From positions 96,001-160,000 of the forward strand of contig JBALDB010000032.1 in assembly GCA_036918135.1 (NCBI GenBank): a stretch of DNA of 64,000 nucleotides. The letters run 5' to 3'. Shown piece by piece: positions 31,601 to 41,465 of this stretch. This DNA is from Nostoc sp. Its GTDB lineage: Bacteria > Cyanobacteriota > Cyanobacteriia > Cyanobacteriales > Nostocaceae. Below the pieces are notes generated by a model. That model saw only the letters and a list, made by a program, of their open reading frames with translations. It had not been told where the DNA came from and made no database searches. Position 1 is the stretch's first letter; the number at the start of each line of letters is the position of its first letter. The translations under genes and the position numbers were made by a program.

Positions 31601-32567
31601 GGAACAAAAGCTGTTGCAGTTGTATGAAATTTTAAATATTTCTACAATTGTTCAGGAACTTGAAGGCATTAACCAACTGATTTTAATTCCTCACCGCGAT
31701 TTGTACAGATTACCTATTCACAGCCTTTTTCATTTTTCTTCTCCATCCGCAGAAGATTTACCAAATATTGAGTCAAATTTCACCGTTACTTATTTGCCTA
31801 GCGCTCAAATAGGTTTATCAATAAAAAATCCAGCTATTTTCCCGTGGCAAAACCAATTATTGCTCAGTGTTGAATCTCCTGAAAGTACAGGTTATCCGGC
31901 GCTGAAGTTTGCTAAACTAGAATCTGAGATTGTCAGCGAGATGTTTGATAATATTGAGCGCATTCAAGGCTCACAAGCAACGAAAGATATTGTAAAAAGT
32001 GCATTATTTGATAATTATAATATTTTGCATTTTTCTGGTTATGTCACGAATTATTTAAATGAGCCAAAAAAGTCAGAATTGATATTAGCGGGTGAAGACA
32101 AGCTGACTTTAGAAGAAATTTGTCAACAAAGTTTAGCAAGTTACAATCTTATTAGTCTCTCTGCCTGCGAAAATGTCAGTACCAGCACCTTCATTACCAG
32201 CAGCGAATATGTGAGTTTAGTTAATGGTTTTTTGAATCAAGGCGTTCCTCAGATAATAAGTACTCTCTGGACTGTAGAATCTTCAGCTAGTGCTTTGGCG
32301 ATCGGAGAATTTTACCGAAGATTACAGCCTAATATATCAGCAGTGACAGCCTTAGCTGAAGCAACATTATGGCTTAAAGAATTAACTGCTGGAGAACTGA
32401 CAAAATGGTATGAAGATGTACTCAACAATTTGCATCCTGATGAAGTACGAATTAGGGCTTATTTAGCAACACAATTATATAGAAATAGCAAAATGGCATC
32501 AGATAAAAAACTTTATAATCATCCCTACTATTGGGCAGCATTTACGATTAGTGGTAAGCCAAATTAG
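28695..32567 (+). CDS. TPR repeat + CHAT (caspase-HetF family) domain protein
   Basis: About 8 canonical TPRs (AWYNRG...EEAIASYD.A), LILIPHRDLYRLPIH, LSACE, STLWTV, HPYYWAAF. Confidence 0.92.
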   Translation: MWQMLRRISQSLKRFLKRLIKSKQTRSLKDTRGHNLVEVLPELTNADLEQLFIQLLEGVHQARGRQWALRYLQRIENRISAERWIAWLVMFGETLLASPTPNQQLATQMVQLGELGIGRIGDLAYEIGIRLMQNLPTQIETEIHYEDDRAQDVIETTPGQELIRELGEQLWEYEDPDVLETTPGQELIRELGEQLWEYEDPDVLETTTDDEILPTSPGQELIRNLGEQLWEYDEPDAQTITPAPEVSVEEIFSQDSEEVIFEYQEEDAESTIPTLPLPPAKDSITTLTQLRWDDEEEDTQTQTRANLLSTSQRTELATTDSDQTWNSSLANLEPNVANTLDELWVRLDQSSNLVQQLASNLAVQSSNSSSIIERYGNEPITEAQVWFYQGLGQAKTGDLLGAIASYDQAIELQPEFSEYWFNRGLTLFHLERFQEAIASYETAIELKPDFYKAWYNRGGTLGELGYFEEAIASFDKAIEIKPDYQEAWSSKGLALLKLGWLREAISSYDQALDLQPQDQENWYHRGIALAVGEQFEEAIASYDRALEIDPDYHEVWIDRGVVLFNLGRWSQAISSWDKALSVQADFYLAWYNRGVALDNLGRREEAIASYRQAIAIKPDFHLAWYNQAVALFYLEQFAEAIACYDNALQIKQDYWEAWIGRGTAVGNLVDPQPLLNLSSSITANNSDLQQIGYEGKLASFEEGLKHLRTDTHPEGWGRLHLAIANAYYDRGKKQPNPRDYWRKAASEYHQALLTLTLEYFPHLHLEVLQSLSKVLMGLGQTTQLQELLQRGRYLLQQLLSEETRSEESKKQLALKFVGFEQLAVDLAVDYGDVVEAWEIAEQGKNACLNWLLFGWNNDIYSPHYHTIQELFNPTTAIIYWHISPVALHTFILKYQAPSPILLFTPIQDVGAITLGEEAIRLNELPLPEAVRRLIEFENWLEDWHQQYQEYRTTAQDKESKIQHSWRVDMEQKLLQLYEILNISTIVQELEGINQLILIPHRDLYRLPIHSLFHFSSPSAEDLPNIESNFTVTYLPSAQIGLSIKNPAIFPWQNQLLLSVESPESTGYPALKFAKLESEIVSEMFDNIERIQGSQATKDIVKSALFDNYNILHFSGYVTNYLNEPKKSELILAGEDKLTLEEICQQSLASYNLISLSACENVSTSTFITSSEYVSLVNGFLNQGVPQIISTLWTVESSASALAIGEFYRRLQPNISAVTALAEATLWLKELTAGELTKWYEDVLNNLHPDEVRIRAYLATQLYRNSKMASDKKLYNHPYYWAAFTISGKPN
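29148..29403 (+). repeat. Intragenic 75-bp tandem repeat (25 aa; two near-identical copies plus one offset copy)
   Basis: CTACTCCTGGGCAAGAATTGATCCGCGAATTAGGCGAACAG at 29161 and 29236; third copy from 29343. Confidence 0.9.
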
Positions 32568-32582
32568 ACTTATTGCAGAAGT

Positions 32583-32640
32583 CGGGAAAAGGGAAAGGGG
32601 AAAAGGATAAGGTTTTTCTTTACCCCTTTCCCCTTAACCG
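32583..32640. terminator. Purine/pyrimidine inverted repeat between convergent genes; possible bidirectional terminator
   Basis: CGGGAAAAGGGAAAGGGGAAAAGG...CTTTACCCCTTTCCCCTTAACCG. Confidence 0.4.
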
Positions 32641-32679
32641 AAAGGTATTGAGTCCCTAATCCCCCAGTCCCCACTTCAT

Positions 32680-33945
32680 TTAAAACCTGCCATTTCCCTG
32701 AACAATGTGCTTAACAGTAGTCAAGGTTTCCAGGCTAATAAATCCCCGACGATGACCTTTTTGATTAGACATGCCCAGAAATACAGAATCTCCGCGCGAG
32801 GGGTTGCGAGAAAAACGCGGGGAACTGTTGATGTAGGTAGAGGCGCTATTAACTCCTAAAGCAAACTGCCGACTTTCCTGGTAAGATTCGGTAACAATGC
32901 AGTCAGCATGACCACTGCTGTGTTGATTAATCCAGGCGATCGCACCTTCTAAGCTATCCACCAGTTTAAAAGCTACTGTCCTAGTTAAATAAGGGTTTCC
33001 CCATTCGTTTTCCTTCACCAACTGCAATTGAGGAAAAGCTTCTACTAGTTCTGCATCGCCTTTGATTTCAAAACCTTTTTCCATTAAGCTGTTCCACAGA
33101 ACTGCTAAGGATGATGGCAAGGCTTGGCGATGAATTAGTACTTTTTCAATGGCATTGACTGGATCTGGTTCGCTCTGATGGCTATCGATAATCATCCAGC
33201 GCACCATTTCTAAACTGGCATTTAGCGACCAGTAGAGGTAACAATTACCCATTGCTGACTTTAAGACTGGGCAAGTTGACTGTCGTACTACCTGCTGGAT
33301 CAAGCTAGAACGTCCGTAGGGAATCACTAAATTCACGTACTCGTCTTGGACGACTAAATCCCGAATCGAAGCACCGTGTTCGGTTGCGATCGGTTCTAAA
33401 CAGCCGAGTGGTAAACCGACTTCACTGAGCGCAGTTTGCAGTACTGAAGCAATGGACGCGTTAGAATGGCTCGCTTCAGTACTGCCTTTGAGAATTATAC
33501 TATTGCCAGTTTTGATACAAAAACCCGCTGCGATCGCCCCTAAATCGGGAAATGCTTCATAAATAAATCCAATCACTCCTAAGGGCATTAACTGGGAGTA
33601 ACTCTGGGAATCTTCCAATTGATAATCAGCATTCCTGACGCGCCGCAGCGGATCTGATAATTCCCCCAACCGTTGTAAAATGTCTACGGTCGTCTCTAGC
33701 CTTGTGGGAGTCAGCTTTAGCCAGTCTAATATCAATTCTGGCACTGCCATTTCCCGACTGGCTTCTAAATCCAAGGTGTTGGCTTCTAGAATGTCGTCAA
33801 ATGAGCGCTCAAGCGCCCGTGCCATCGCCAATACCGCGCGACTCCTGTCTGCTCCCTTGGTGATCCCCAATTTTAGGGAAGCTTGATACGCTCGTTGGGC
33901 ACTACTAATAGGTTCGGGGTGATCGTCCAAAACTTCAACAGTCAT
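32680..33945 (-). CDS. proA: Gamma-glutamyl phosphate reductase-like protein (ProA paralog; catalytic Cys apparently absent)
   Basis: PLGVIGFIYE, KTGNSIILKG, HSSGHADCIVTE, YINSSPRF; PDPVNAIE where the family has xCNAxE. Confidence 0.85.
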   Translation of the reverse strand: MTVEVLDDHPEPISSAQRAYQASLKLGITKGADRSRAVLAMARALERSFDDILEANTLDLEASREMAVPELILDWLKLTPTRLETTVDILQRLGELSDPLRRVRNADYQLEDSQSYSQLMPLGVIGFIYEAFPDLGAIAAGFCIKTGNSIILKGSTEASHSNASIASVLQTALSEVGLPLGCLEPIATEHGASIRDLVVQDEYVNLVIPYGRSSLIQQVVRQSTCPVLKSAMGNCYLYWSLNASLEMVRWMIIDSHQSEPDPVNAIEKVLIHRQALPSSLAVLWNSLMEKGFEIKGDAELVEAFPQLQLVKENEWGNPYLTRTVAFKLVDSLEGAIAWINQHSSGHADCIVTESYQESRQFALGVNSASTYINSSPRFSRNPSRGDSVFLGMSNQKGHRRGFISLETLTTVKHIVQGNGRF

Positions 33946-33949
33946 TGAG

Positions 33950-34357
33950 TTAACGTCTGTAGGTAAGCCAGACCATTAGTGCTGGTAGAATAGCCAACAA
34001 CACCGCCACTATTGCCCAAGCAATAATGCTAGAACCATTTGCCAATCGCAGTGCTAATGGCAGCCATATAATCACTAGCACGAAAATAATGCCAAGTGCT
34101 ATAGGCAGATAGCTTTCTCCCAAACGCGGATGGACAACACGCCAACTATTTCCCATCCAACGCCAAGCTCGCTTGTAAGGATAGGTGGTAGAAAGCTGTT
34201 CTAGGACATGACCATTATCTTCTACTACAAAGATTTGCTGACAGCGATCGCAACCAAATGCTTCTGTCAACGTAATCGGAATTAGCTGACCCCGGCGACG
34301 ACAGGGACAGGGGTATTCAGTATTGAAATCTATTTTTTCGGGTTTTTGAGATTGCAC
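33950..34357 (-). CDS. Hypothetical protein: Cys-rich zinc-ribbon-like N-terminus plus two TM helices
   Basis: CPC...CDRC; hydrophobic C-terminus; 4 bp upstream of the proA-like gene. Confidence 0.8.
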   Translation of the reverse strand: MQSQKPEKIDFNTEYPCPCRRRGQLIPITLTEAFGCDRCQQIFVVEDNGHVLEQLSTTYPYKRAWRWMGNSWRVVHPRLGESYLPIALGIIFVLVIIWLPLALRLANGSSIIAWAIVAVLLAILPALMVWLTYRR

Positions 34358-35389
34358 AAGCGTTCTAATAACTTGAGCGTGTTTTTATAGAAACGGTGGG
34401 AATACGATCCCTTGGTAAATGCCTTGGGGGCTTCTCGTGTTTATACTTTCTCTAAGTTGGCAGGCGAAACAAACATTGTCATAAATTACAAACAGTAGAT
34501 ACAGCAAACTCTAAGTAGTGTAATAGTCATTTCTCGGTAGCTGGTAATTTTGTTTAAAAATTTCCTTGTTTCCATCTGTTGCTTTAAAGGTAATGTGGTT
34601 GGGTTTGTGCCATTGATTGTGCCGACATGCTTGGTACAATTTTAAAGCTACATCTCACCACTCCTAAAACAAATCATTTGGTAAGGCTACGCTGATAAAC
34701 AACACTTTAATAATAAACCCTCATTTTCCTTCGGGTCACTATATATTTGGTATGCAGTTATCAAGGTTAGATAAGGATCGCTGGAAATTTTTACTCGTTG
34801 CAGTTAATAACCGTTTCCAAAGCGGCAATTGCCAAAACACCCATCAATGTGTGACTATTTGTATGGAGTACATAGACTAGTATTTGGTAACGTGTATGCT
34901 TTCTAGTCTGACTGCCATTGCCTCCTTGCACAAATATAATTTAGTCTTACACAGCGTGTCTGGTCAAAATACCTTTACTAAGTCAAGCCTATACCCCGAC
35001 ACTTGCCTACTTCCTATAGGCGAATAACTATCACTTTACAAGCTCTGTCTTATGGTAGACTACAGTATTTATCTGTGAGCTTCTGTGTGGTCTTTAGCTT
35101 TTTTATTTCCCACTTTGACAAGTTTGCTGACCACTGCTACTCTCGTCTACCAACTAGCGGTTTGCACTATTACTATAATACCACGGAGATAGATAAAACT
35201 CAACTCTCGTAAGTCATCGACTGACCGTAAATAATATTATCTTATAGGGTCTCTGTTTTTGTTTAGGACATACTGCAAAGGCCAGTCAGTTATATCTCAT
35301 GTTACCCTTAGTGATGGGACACGAGCTTTGTGTGCGAACAATTTAACAACAGATATGTCACGCTTTCTAACTTTAAAAACTTTTTTCAA

Positions 35390-35461
35390 AGCGGGTAACG
35401 CGATTCGAACGCGCGACATTCACCTTGGCAAGGTGACGCTCTACCACTGAGCTATACCCGC
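35390..35461 (-). tRNA. tRNA-Gly (GCC)
   Basis: Reverse complement GCGGGTATAGCTCAGTGGTAGAGCGTCACCTTGCCAAGGTGAATGTCGCGCGTTCGAATCGCGTTACCCGCT folds as a cloverleaf; anticodon GCC; CCA not encoded. Confidence 0.97.
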
Positions 35462-35676
35462 AATCATTTACCAAATATTACTATCTCAGATTTCTTCTAA
35501 ATTGTCAACCTCTAAATTTGAGCAGGGAAACAGGGGAGCTTCAAGTCCACAGAATAAATCTGTAGCAAATCTTTACCCTTTACCCTTGAAGCTCTTTCCC
35601 ATGCTCTGTTTGGTCAATACTCCATACCCAATGACCAATACTTCGACTTCCCTCAGTACAAGTGACCAATGAGGTA

Positions 35677-36255
35677 CTAACTTAATTCTTCTGAGTCTAC
35701 TGTTAAATTGCCAACGCTGGCACTTGGAAAAGAAGGTGGCAATGACTGGCTATTACGAGAATATGGTTCTGTTAAGTTAGAACGCAGTTGCCGCATTAGA
35801 CTAGCCATTTCTAAAGCATTTAAGGCGTAATCCCAACCATGATTACCTTTGATGCCTGCTCGTTCTAAGGCTTGTTGCATAGTGTCTACCGTCAAAATGC
35901 CAAAAATGACTGGCACCCCGGTTTGAAAGCTGGCGGCGGCAATGCCTTTAGAAACTTCGGCGGATACGTAATCAAAATGAGGTGTTTGTCCTCGAATCAC
36001 TGCACCAAGACAAATTACAGCATCGTAATGATGGGAAAGTGCTAGTTGGCGAGCTACTAAAGGCACTTCAAAACTTCCCGGTACCCAAACGTAGTCTACC
36101 TGATTACCGTGAGGGTTGGGGTCTACACCGTGGCGTTTCAAGCAATCTTGACATCCCTCTAGCAGCTTTCCAGTAATCAGGTCATTGAATCGACCGATTA
36201 CCACTGCAAAACGCAAAGGTTCCGTTTGAGTAAAAGTTCCTTCAAAAACTGCCAT
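35677..36255 (-). CDS. ribH: 6,7-dimethyl-8-ribityllumazine synthase
   Basis: [37 protein letters not shown]. Confidence 0.97.
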   Translation of the reverse strand: MAVFEGTFTQTEPLRFAVVIGRFNDLITGKLLEGCQDCLKRHGVDPNPHGNQVDYVWVPGSFEVPLVARQLALSHHYDAVICLGAVIRGQTPHFDYVSAEVSKGIAAASFQTGVPVIFGILTVDTMQQALERAGIKGNHGWDYALNALEMASLMRQLRSNLTEPYSRNSQSLPPSFPSASVGNLTVDSEELS

Positions 36256-36443
36256 GACTGCCTCTTAATCAACTATACTTCTGGCCAATATACATTTCTT
36301 ATTTAAATTAAGAGGAGCAGGAAAGCATGGTCAAAACGGAGGAAACAGGAAAAATCTCTGCTTTTTTCCCTTAACCTTTGACCTTGGCTTTACTGCCCCT
36401 CTAATTTTTATATTAAGTGCCTGCCCTAGAGCGAAGCCGTTGC

Positions 36444-36632
36444 CTAGACAACAAAAAAGTTTAACAAACCGACTAAAAATACCAAAGCAATCCAGACGCC
36501 AGAACCAAGCCACAGCAGCTTTTTAGATTCAACCCAATATTGGGGAGTAGCATAAGCAACGGGAACACCAACAACTAGAACAAAAGACAACATAACTAGG
36601 CCTATCAGAGCAAATTGAAATATTATGGTCAT
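36444..36632 (-). CDS. psbZ: Photosystem II reaction center protein Z
   Basis: 62 aa MTIIFQFAL...[19 protein letters not shown]. Confidence 0.95.
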   Translation of the reverse strand: MTIIFQFALIGLVMLSFVLVVGVPVAYATPQYWVESKKLLWLGSGVWIALVFLVGLLNFFVV

Positions 36633-36823
36633 TTTTGCTTCTCCCACTACAGCGAAATACTAAAGATAGAATAATCCTAAAGGGCGACACAGAGACTTTC
36701 TTCTTATTTTTAAGCTACCAGAAATTGCAACATTTTAGTCAAACGTCCCAACTTAACAGTCCAAAATCCAGGGTGTAAATTTGGACTCTTGATTTTTGAC
36801 TTTTGACTCTTGATTCTGAAATT

Positions 36824-39529
36824 ATGGATTTAATTCTTTGCCACACAACAGCTGATTTTGACACACTTGGGGCAGCAGTAGGACTAACGCGCTTACTTGC
36901 GGGAAGCAAGATTGTACTTAGCGGTGGTTCTCACCCTACTGTACGGGATTTTTTAGCCTTGCATCGAGATGAATATCCGCTAATTGAACGCCGTTCGGTG
37001 AATCCAGAAAAAATTCGTTCTCTGAATGTGGTGGATACGCAACACCGCGATCGCTTGGGTAAAGCTGCCGAGTGGTTAGATTTACCTGATGTCAAAGAGA
37101 TTATAGTTTATGACCATCACTTAGGACAACAATCAGATATTCCCGCCACGCGATCGTATATTTCTTCAGTAGGAGCCACCACAACTTTAATTGTCGAGCA
37201 ATTGCAACAACAGCAAATTTCTCTAACTCCTGCTGAAGCCACAGTCATGGCTTTGGGTATCCATGTTGACACTGGCTCGTTGACCTATGACCAGTCTACA
37301 CCACGAGATGCTTTAGCTTTGGCTTGGTTGATGCAACACAGTGCCAGTTTATCGGTCATTTCCACCTACCGCGACCCTGGATTGTCTGCTCAATTGCAGC
37401 AGCTACTAACCAAAGCCCTAGAAAATCTAGAATCTCTCTCTCTACGCGGATATACAGTTGGGTGGGTAACTTTAAAAACAGATAGCTTTGTAGCTGGTTT
37501 ATCAAGTTTGGCTTCAGAACTTGTAGAATTAACCGAAATTGATGCCATACTCCTGGCTGATGAGTATTCTTTAGGTGATGGTGATTCACGCTTAACAGTA
37601 ATTGGGCGATCGCAAATTCCCAAAACAAATCTCAATTTATTATTCCAACCCTTCGGCGGTGGCGGTCATTCCCAAGCTGCATCGCTGAACTTAAGAGGAG
37701 TAGATTCACAGGCAATATTACAACAGCTCCTTGACGGGGTAAAAGCCCAAATCCCTCAGCCTCTGACTGCTAGGGACTTGATGTCTTCTCCTGTCCGCAC
37801 TATTTTGCCTGAAACCACAATTGCCGAAGCCCAGCGTATTTTATTGCGCTATGGAAATTCTGGTTTATCTGTAGTCGATACCGAAGGGCAATTGGTAGGT
37901 ATTATTTCGCGACGGGATCTCGATATCGCTCTGCACCACGGGTTTAGTCATGCGCCAGTTAAGGGTTATATGACCACAAACCTGAAAACGATTACACCAG
38001 ATACGACACTGCCACAAATTGAGGCGCTGATGGTGACATATGATATCGGGCGTTTACCAGTATTAGCAAACGGGCAATTATTTGGTATCGTCACACGTAC
38101 CGATGTGTTGAGAGAATTACATCAAGAGGATACAGGGACGCGGGGACGCTCTGACTCAGGGACTGGTTCACTGCTTGCATCAGAGCGTCTTAATCTCTCA
38201 GTATCATCTTCTCTTGCTCCTCAACTGTGGCAATTGCTAACTACAGCCTCGCAAGAGGCAGAAAAACGAGGTTGGCATCTTTATCTTGTCGGGGGTGCAG
38301 TGCGGGACTTGCTGTTAGCTGACGCAGCAGACAAGTTGATGATTAAAGATATTGACCTTGTAGTTGATGGCTTTCACAAATCAGCAGATGTTGGCGCTGG
38401 TGTGGAATTAGCAAAAGCACTCCAACAACTTTACCCAGCAGCTCGTTTAGAAATCCACGGGGCTTTTCAAACTGCGGCTTTGCTGTGGCATAAAGACCCA
38501 GAATTAGATTCTCTATGGGTGGATATTGCTACGGCTAGAACAGAATTTTATCCTTATCCAGCAGCGAATCCGGAAGTTGAAGCGAGTTCTATTCGTCAAG
38601 ATTTGTATCGTCGAGATTTTACGATCAACGCCCTGGCTTTACGGCTCACCTCCCCCCGTAGTGGTGAATTACTCGATTTCTTTGGTGGTTTACTCGATTT
38701 ACAAGCTAAACAAATTCGGGTTTTACACGCCAACAGCTTTATCGAAGACCCCACGCGCATTTATCGCGGCGTGCGCTTTGCTGTGCGCTTTGGCTTTGAG
38801 ATTGAACCGCAAACACAAGAGTTTATTCGCTATGCCATCAACAGTGGCGTTTACGATCGCACTGCTCAAGAGAATAGCAAAACTCCAGCCCTGCAAACTC
38901 GATTAAAAACAGAATTAAAGCACATCTTAGAAGCCCCCTACTGGAAATTGGCTTTACAGTTACTCGATAACTTAGGGGCATTGCAATGCATTCATCCTAC
39001 ACTAAGGCTAGACGCATTACTCCTGCGACAATTACGTTTGCTAGAACGGTGTTTGCGGCGATTTGACCCTCAACAAATCTTAATTCACTGGGAAATGCGT
39101 TTAGAAGTGTTAATCGCCCATCTAGAACCACAGTATCGGGTGAAAGTGGCAAAAAATTTGCAATTGCAAGAGGATGGCATTAAACGGTTGCAAAATCTAG
39201 CTCAGGCTCAAGCTGAAGTTTTAGAAACTTTACCTGGCTGTCAACGCCCTAGTCAAGTTGTTCAATTTCTAAGGCAGTACGACTTACCAATGTTAATTTT
39301 AATCGCCTTACAAACCCAGCAAGTAATCAGGCAGCAGATATGGCATTACTTAACAGTTTTGGCTAATATTGGGCCGATTTTAAACGGTAATGACTTAAAA
39401 AAATTAGGTTACAAACCAGGGGCCCAGTATCGACATATACTAAACGATTTACTTGCTGCAACTTTAGATGGAGTGATTAAAAATAAAGCTGAGGCTGAGG
39501 AATTTTTAGCCAAGTCTTATCCTCAGTAA
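36824..39529 (+). CDS. DHH-CBS-nucleotidyltransferase fusion (tRNA nucleotidyltransferase, likely A-adding type)
   Basis: DHH motifs (ADFD, YDHH, GGGGH), tandem CBS domains, VGGAVRD...[23 protein letters not shown] at 36824 preferred. Confidence 0.9.
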   Translation: MDLILCHTTADFDTLGAAVGLTRLLAGSKIVLSGGSHPTVRDFLALHRDEYPLIERRSVNPEKIRSLNVVDTQHRDRLGKAAEWLDLPDVKEIIVYDHHLGQQSDIPATRSYISSVGATTTLIVEQLQQQQISLTPAEATVMALGIHVDTGSLTYDQSTPRDALALAWLMQHSASLSVISTYRDPGLSAQLQQLLTKALENLESLSLRGYTVGWVTLKTDSFVAGLSSLASELVELTEIDAILLADEYSLGDGDSRLTVIGRSQIPKTNLNLLFQPFGGGGHSQAASLNLRGVDSQAILQQLLDGVKAQIPQPLTARDLMSSPVRTILPETTIAEAQRILLRYGNSGLSVVDTEGQLVGIISRRDLDIALHHGFSHAPVKGYMTTNLKTITPDTTLPQIEALMVTYDIGRLPVLANGQLFGIVTRTDVLRELHQEDTGTRGRSDSGTGSLLASERLNLSVSSSLAPQLWQLLTTASQEAEKRGWHLYLVGGAVRDLLLADAADKLMIKDIDLVVDGFHKSADVGAGVELAKALQQLYPAARLEIHGAFQTAALLWHKDPELDSLWVDIATARTEFYPYPAANPEVEASSIRQDLYRRDFTINALALRLTSPRSGELLDFFGGLLDLQAKQIRVLHANSFIEDPTRIYRGVRFAVRFGFEIEPQTQEFIRYAINSGVYDRTAQENSKTPALQTRLKTELKHILEAPYWKLALQLLDNLGALQCIHPTLRLDALLLRQLRLLERCLRRFDPQQILIHWEMRLEVLIAHLEPQYRVKVAKNLQLQEDGIKRLQNLAQAQAEVLETLPGCQRPSQVVQFLRQYDLPMLILIALQTQQVIRQQIWHYLTVLANIGPILNGNDLKKLGYKPGAQYRHILNDLLAATLDGVIKNKAEAEEFLAKSYPQ

Positions 39530-39655
39530 TTGATATTGCAATCAGGTGACTATTATCGTTCTGCTTTTTGTTGTGCCTAGCGACTGATTCACACTTAACA
39601 GTCAACAGTCATCAGTCAGCAACTCAAACGGAATAATTTATTTTTTAGAGTTCCC

Positions 39656-39943
39656 TCAATACAGATAAGGATTTGTCTTCGGTTGATAGTCACAACAATC
39701 AATAGCTTCTTCTGTGTTAGCAACAGATGGGCGTACAGTGCATTTCAGACGGTAATTGTCAGTAAAATATTGGCAACCAGTACAGGGAATTTGATGCATT
39801 TGCTTGGCTGTTGTCACACTATCTCGTGCTGCTGCCCAAAGATTCAAAATAATCAGAATAATCACTGCCCAGGCAACAACAAAGCAAATTGGGGCTAACA
39901 AAGGTTGGATTACATGAATGAGGAAATAAATCAGTTCTAGCAC
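39656..39943 (-). CDS. Small hypothetical membrane protein with a Cys motif
   Basis: N-terminal TM; IPCTGC...KC...CCD. Confidence 0.75.
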   Translation of the reverse strand: MLELIYFLIHVIQPLLAPICFVVAWAVIILIILNLWAAARDSVTTAKQMHQIPCTGCQYFTDNYRLKCTVRPSVANTEEAIDCCDYQPKTNPYLY

Positions 39944-40125
39944 GGCATTTCCTGATACAACTTAGTAATTAAAAGTATATTAACTCCTAACATTTAATTC
40001 TTAACTTCTAACTATAGAAGTATAAGTTTATTAGTTAAGTGCTTAAGGAGTGGAGAAGATGTGGTTCGACTACGCGGTAGTCGAAACTCACCAACCCGGA
40101 GGCAGGGAGAATAACAGCTAACAGT

Positions 40126-40247
40126 TAAGCTGCCCTTGCATTTAAGAAAGCACATCTTTTTATGTTCGTCGTTGGCTGTTGACAGTTAACCCTCAGCGGT
40201 CAACGAACTTAGGAAGCAGTGGTGCAATTTAAAAGCGTAGTAGCTTA
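40126..40247. mobile_element. ~122-bp MITE-like repeat (copy 2; inverted relative to 2512..2638)
   Basis: Imperfect TIRs TAAGCTGCCCTTGCATTTAAG / TTTAAAAGCGTAGTAGCTTA, embedded in AACAGTT repeats. Confidence 0.65.
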
Positions 40248-40284
40248 ACAGTTAACTGTTAAATTCTAACTCAGCAGTATTTTG

Positions 40285-41328
40285 TTAAATGCCAGCATGA
40301 CCCAAGGCTAAACCAACAACGAGCATTCCCAGAACAAGGAACGGTTGGGCGCTGGCTTGGTATTTAACGTCATTAGCCACAGGGTCACGCAAGAAATAAA
40401 CATTCTGCAAGATGATTTGTGGGATGATTAACAGTACAAGTATGGCTGCGTACAAATATTCATTAATGTTGACTAGATAAGCTGCGATCAATCCTTGAAA
40501 GACATCAATTGTGAGTACGCAAATCCAGGCGGCAGTAGTGATACCAAACATGACGGGTAGTGAATTTAACCCTAACTGACGATCGCCTTCTACACTCTTA
40601 AAGTCGTTGACAATGGCAATTCCCAATCCAGCTAAGCTGTAGAACATTGTCAAAATCACAATTGTAGAATTGAGGTCGCCAAACAAAGCGTGTCCTGTAG
40701 ACCAAGGTAGGGTAATATAGCTTGCACCCAAGGCGTAGCTACCTAGCCAACCGTTTTGCTTGAGTTTTAGGGGAGGCGCAGAATAAATGTAGGCGATAAA
40801 AGAACCGATAATCGCGATCGCTGTGATTGTCGGGAATTGATGACCAGCCCAAACATCTAGCGAAAATGCCAAAACAATACCAGCAATTAGTAATACCCAA
40901 ATCTGGGTAATTACTTGAGTTAGAGAAATTGCTCCAGAGGGAATGGGGCGATAAGGTTCATTGATGGCATCGATTTCGCGATCGTAGTAATCATTGAGGA
41001 TTTGGGTGTAACCTGTCATCAATGGCCCAGCCAAAAACATACAGGCTGCTACCTTCAACACATTTTCTAACGTCCAGGTATAGTTACCAGAAGAAGCCGC
41101 ACCACATACTACCCCCCAAATTAAGGGAATCCAGGTGATAGGCTTCATCAGTTGCAAACGGATTTTCCAAATTGAAGTTTCTCCTGGCGATGCACCTTTC
41201 ATCCCCAGTAATTGCCTAGTTTTGGCAGTGCGGTCAGATACTATCACTTCTTCACTAGGATTATCTGCCACTGAGTCTAATGCTTCAGCTGATGTAGAAT
41301 CTGGGGTAATGGGAGTTAATTCTGACAT
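40285..41328 (-). CDS. chlG: Chlorophyll synthase
   Basis: KPITWIPLIWG, NDYYDREIDAINEPYRPIPSG, NDFKSVEGDR. Confidence 0.97.
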   Translation of the reverse strand: MSELTPITPDSTSAEALDSVADNPSEEVIVSDRTAKTRQLLGMKGASPGETSIWKIRLQLMKPITWIPLIWGVVCGAASSGNYTWTLENVLKVAACMFLAGPLMTGYTQILNDYYDREIDAINEPYRPIPSGAISLTQVITQIWVLLIAGIVLAFSLDVWAGHQFPTITAIAIIGSFIAYIYSAPPLKLKQNGWLGSYALGASYITLPWSTGHALFGDLNSTIVILTMFYSLAGLGIAIVNDFKSVEGDRQLGLNSLPVMFGITTAAWICVLTIDVFQGLIAAYLVNINEYLYAAILVLLIIPQIILQNVYFLRDPVANDVKYQASAQPFLVLGMLVVGLALGHAGI

Positions 41329-41346
41329 AACTTTTACTTTTTAATA

Positions 41347-41397
41347 GGGGATTGGGGATTAGGGATTGGGTATTGGGTACTGGGTATTGGGTACTGG
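41347..41397. repeat. STRR-type heptamer tandem repeat (GGGTATT/GGGGATT)
   Basis: ggggattggggattagggattgggtattgggtactgggtattgggtactgg. Confidence 0.85.
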
Positions 41398-41465
41398 AAA
41401 AATTCTTTACCAGTCCTTAGTTCCTAATCCCTACTCCCGATTTCATATTCCCCATACCCAATAAC

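Noticed and set aside
35003..35450. Plus-strand ORFs of 69 and 63 aa
   Set aside because: TTG starts, no motifs; the second runs antisense through the tRNA
35390..35461. tRNA-Gly as an integration site for an island
   Set aside because: No integrase and no duplicated tRNA 3' end seen in the window
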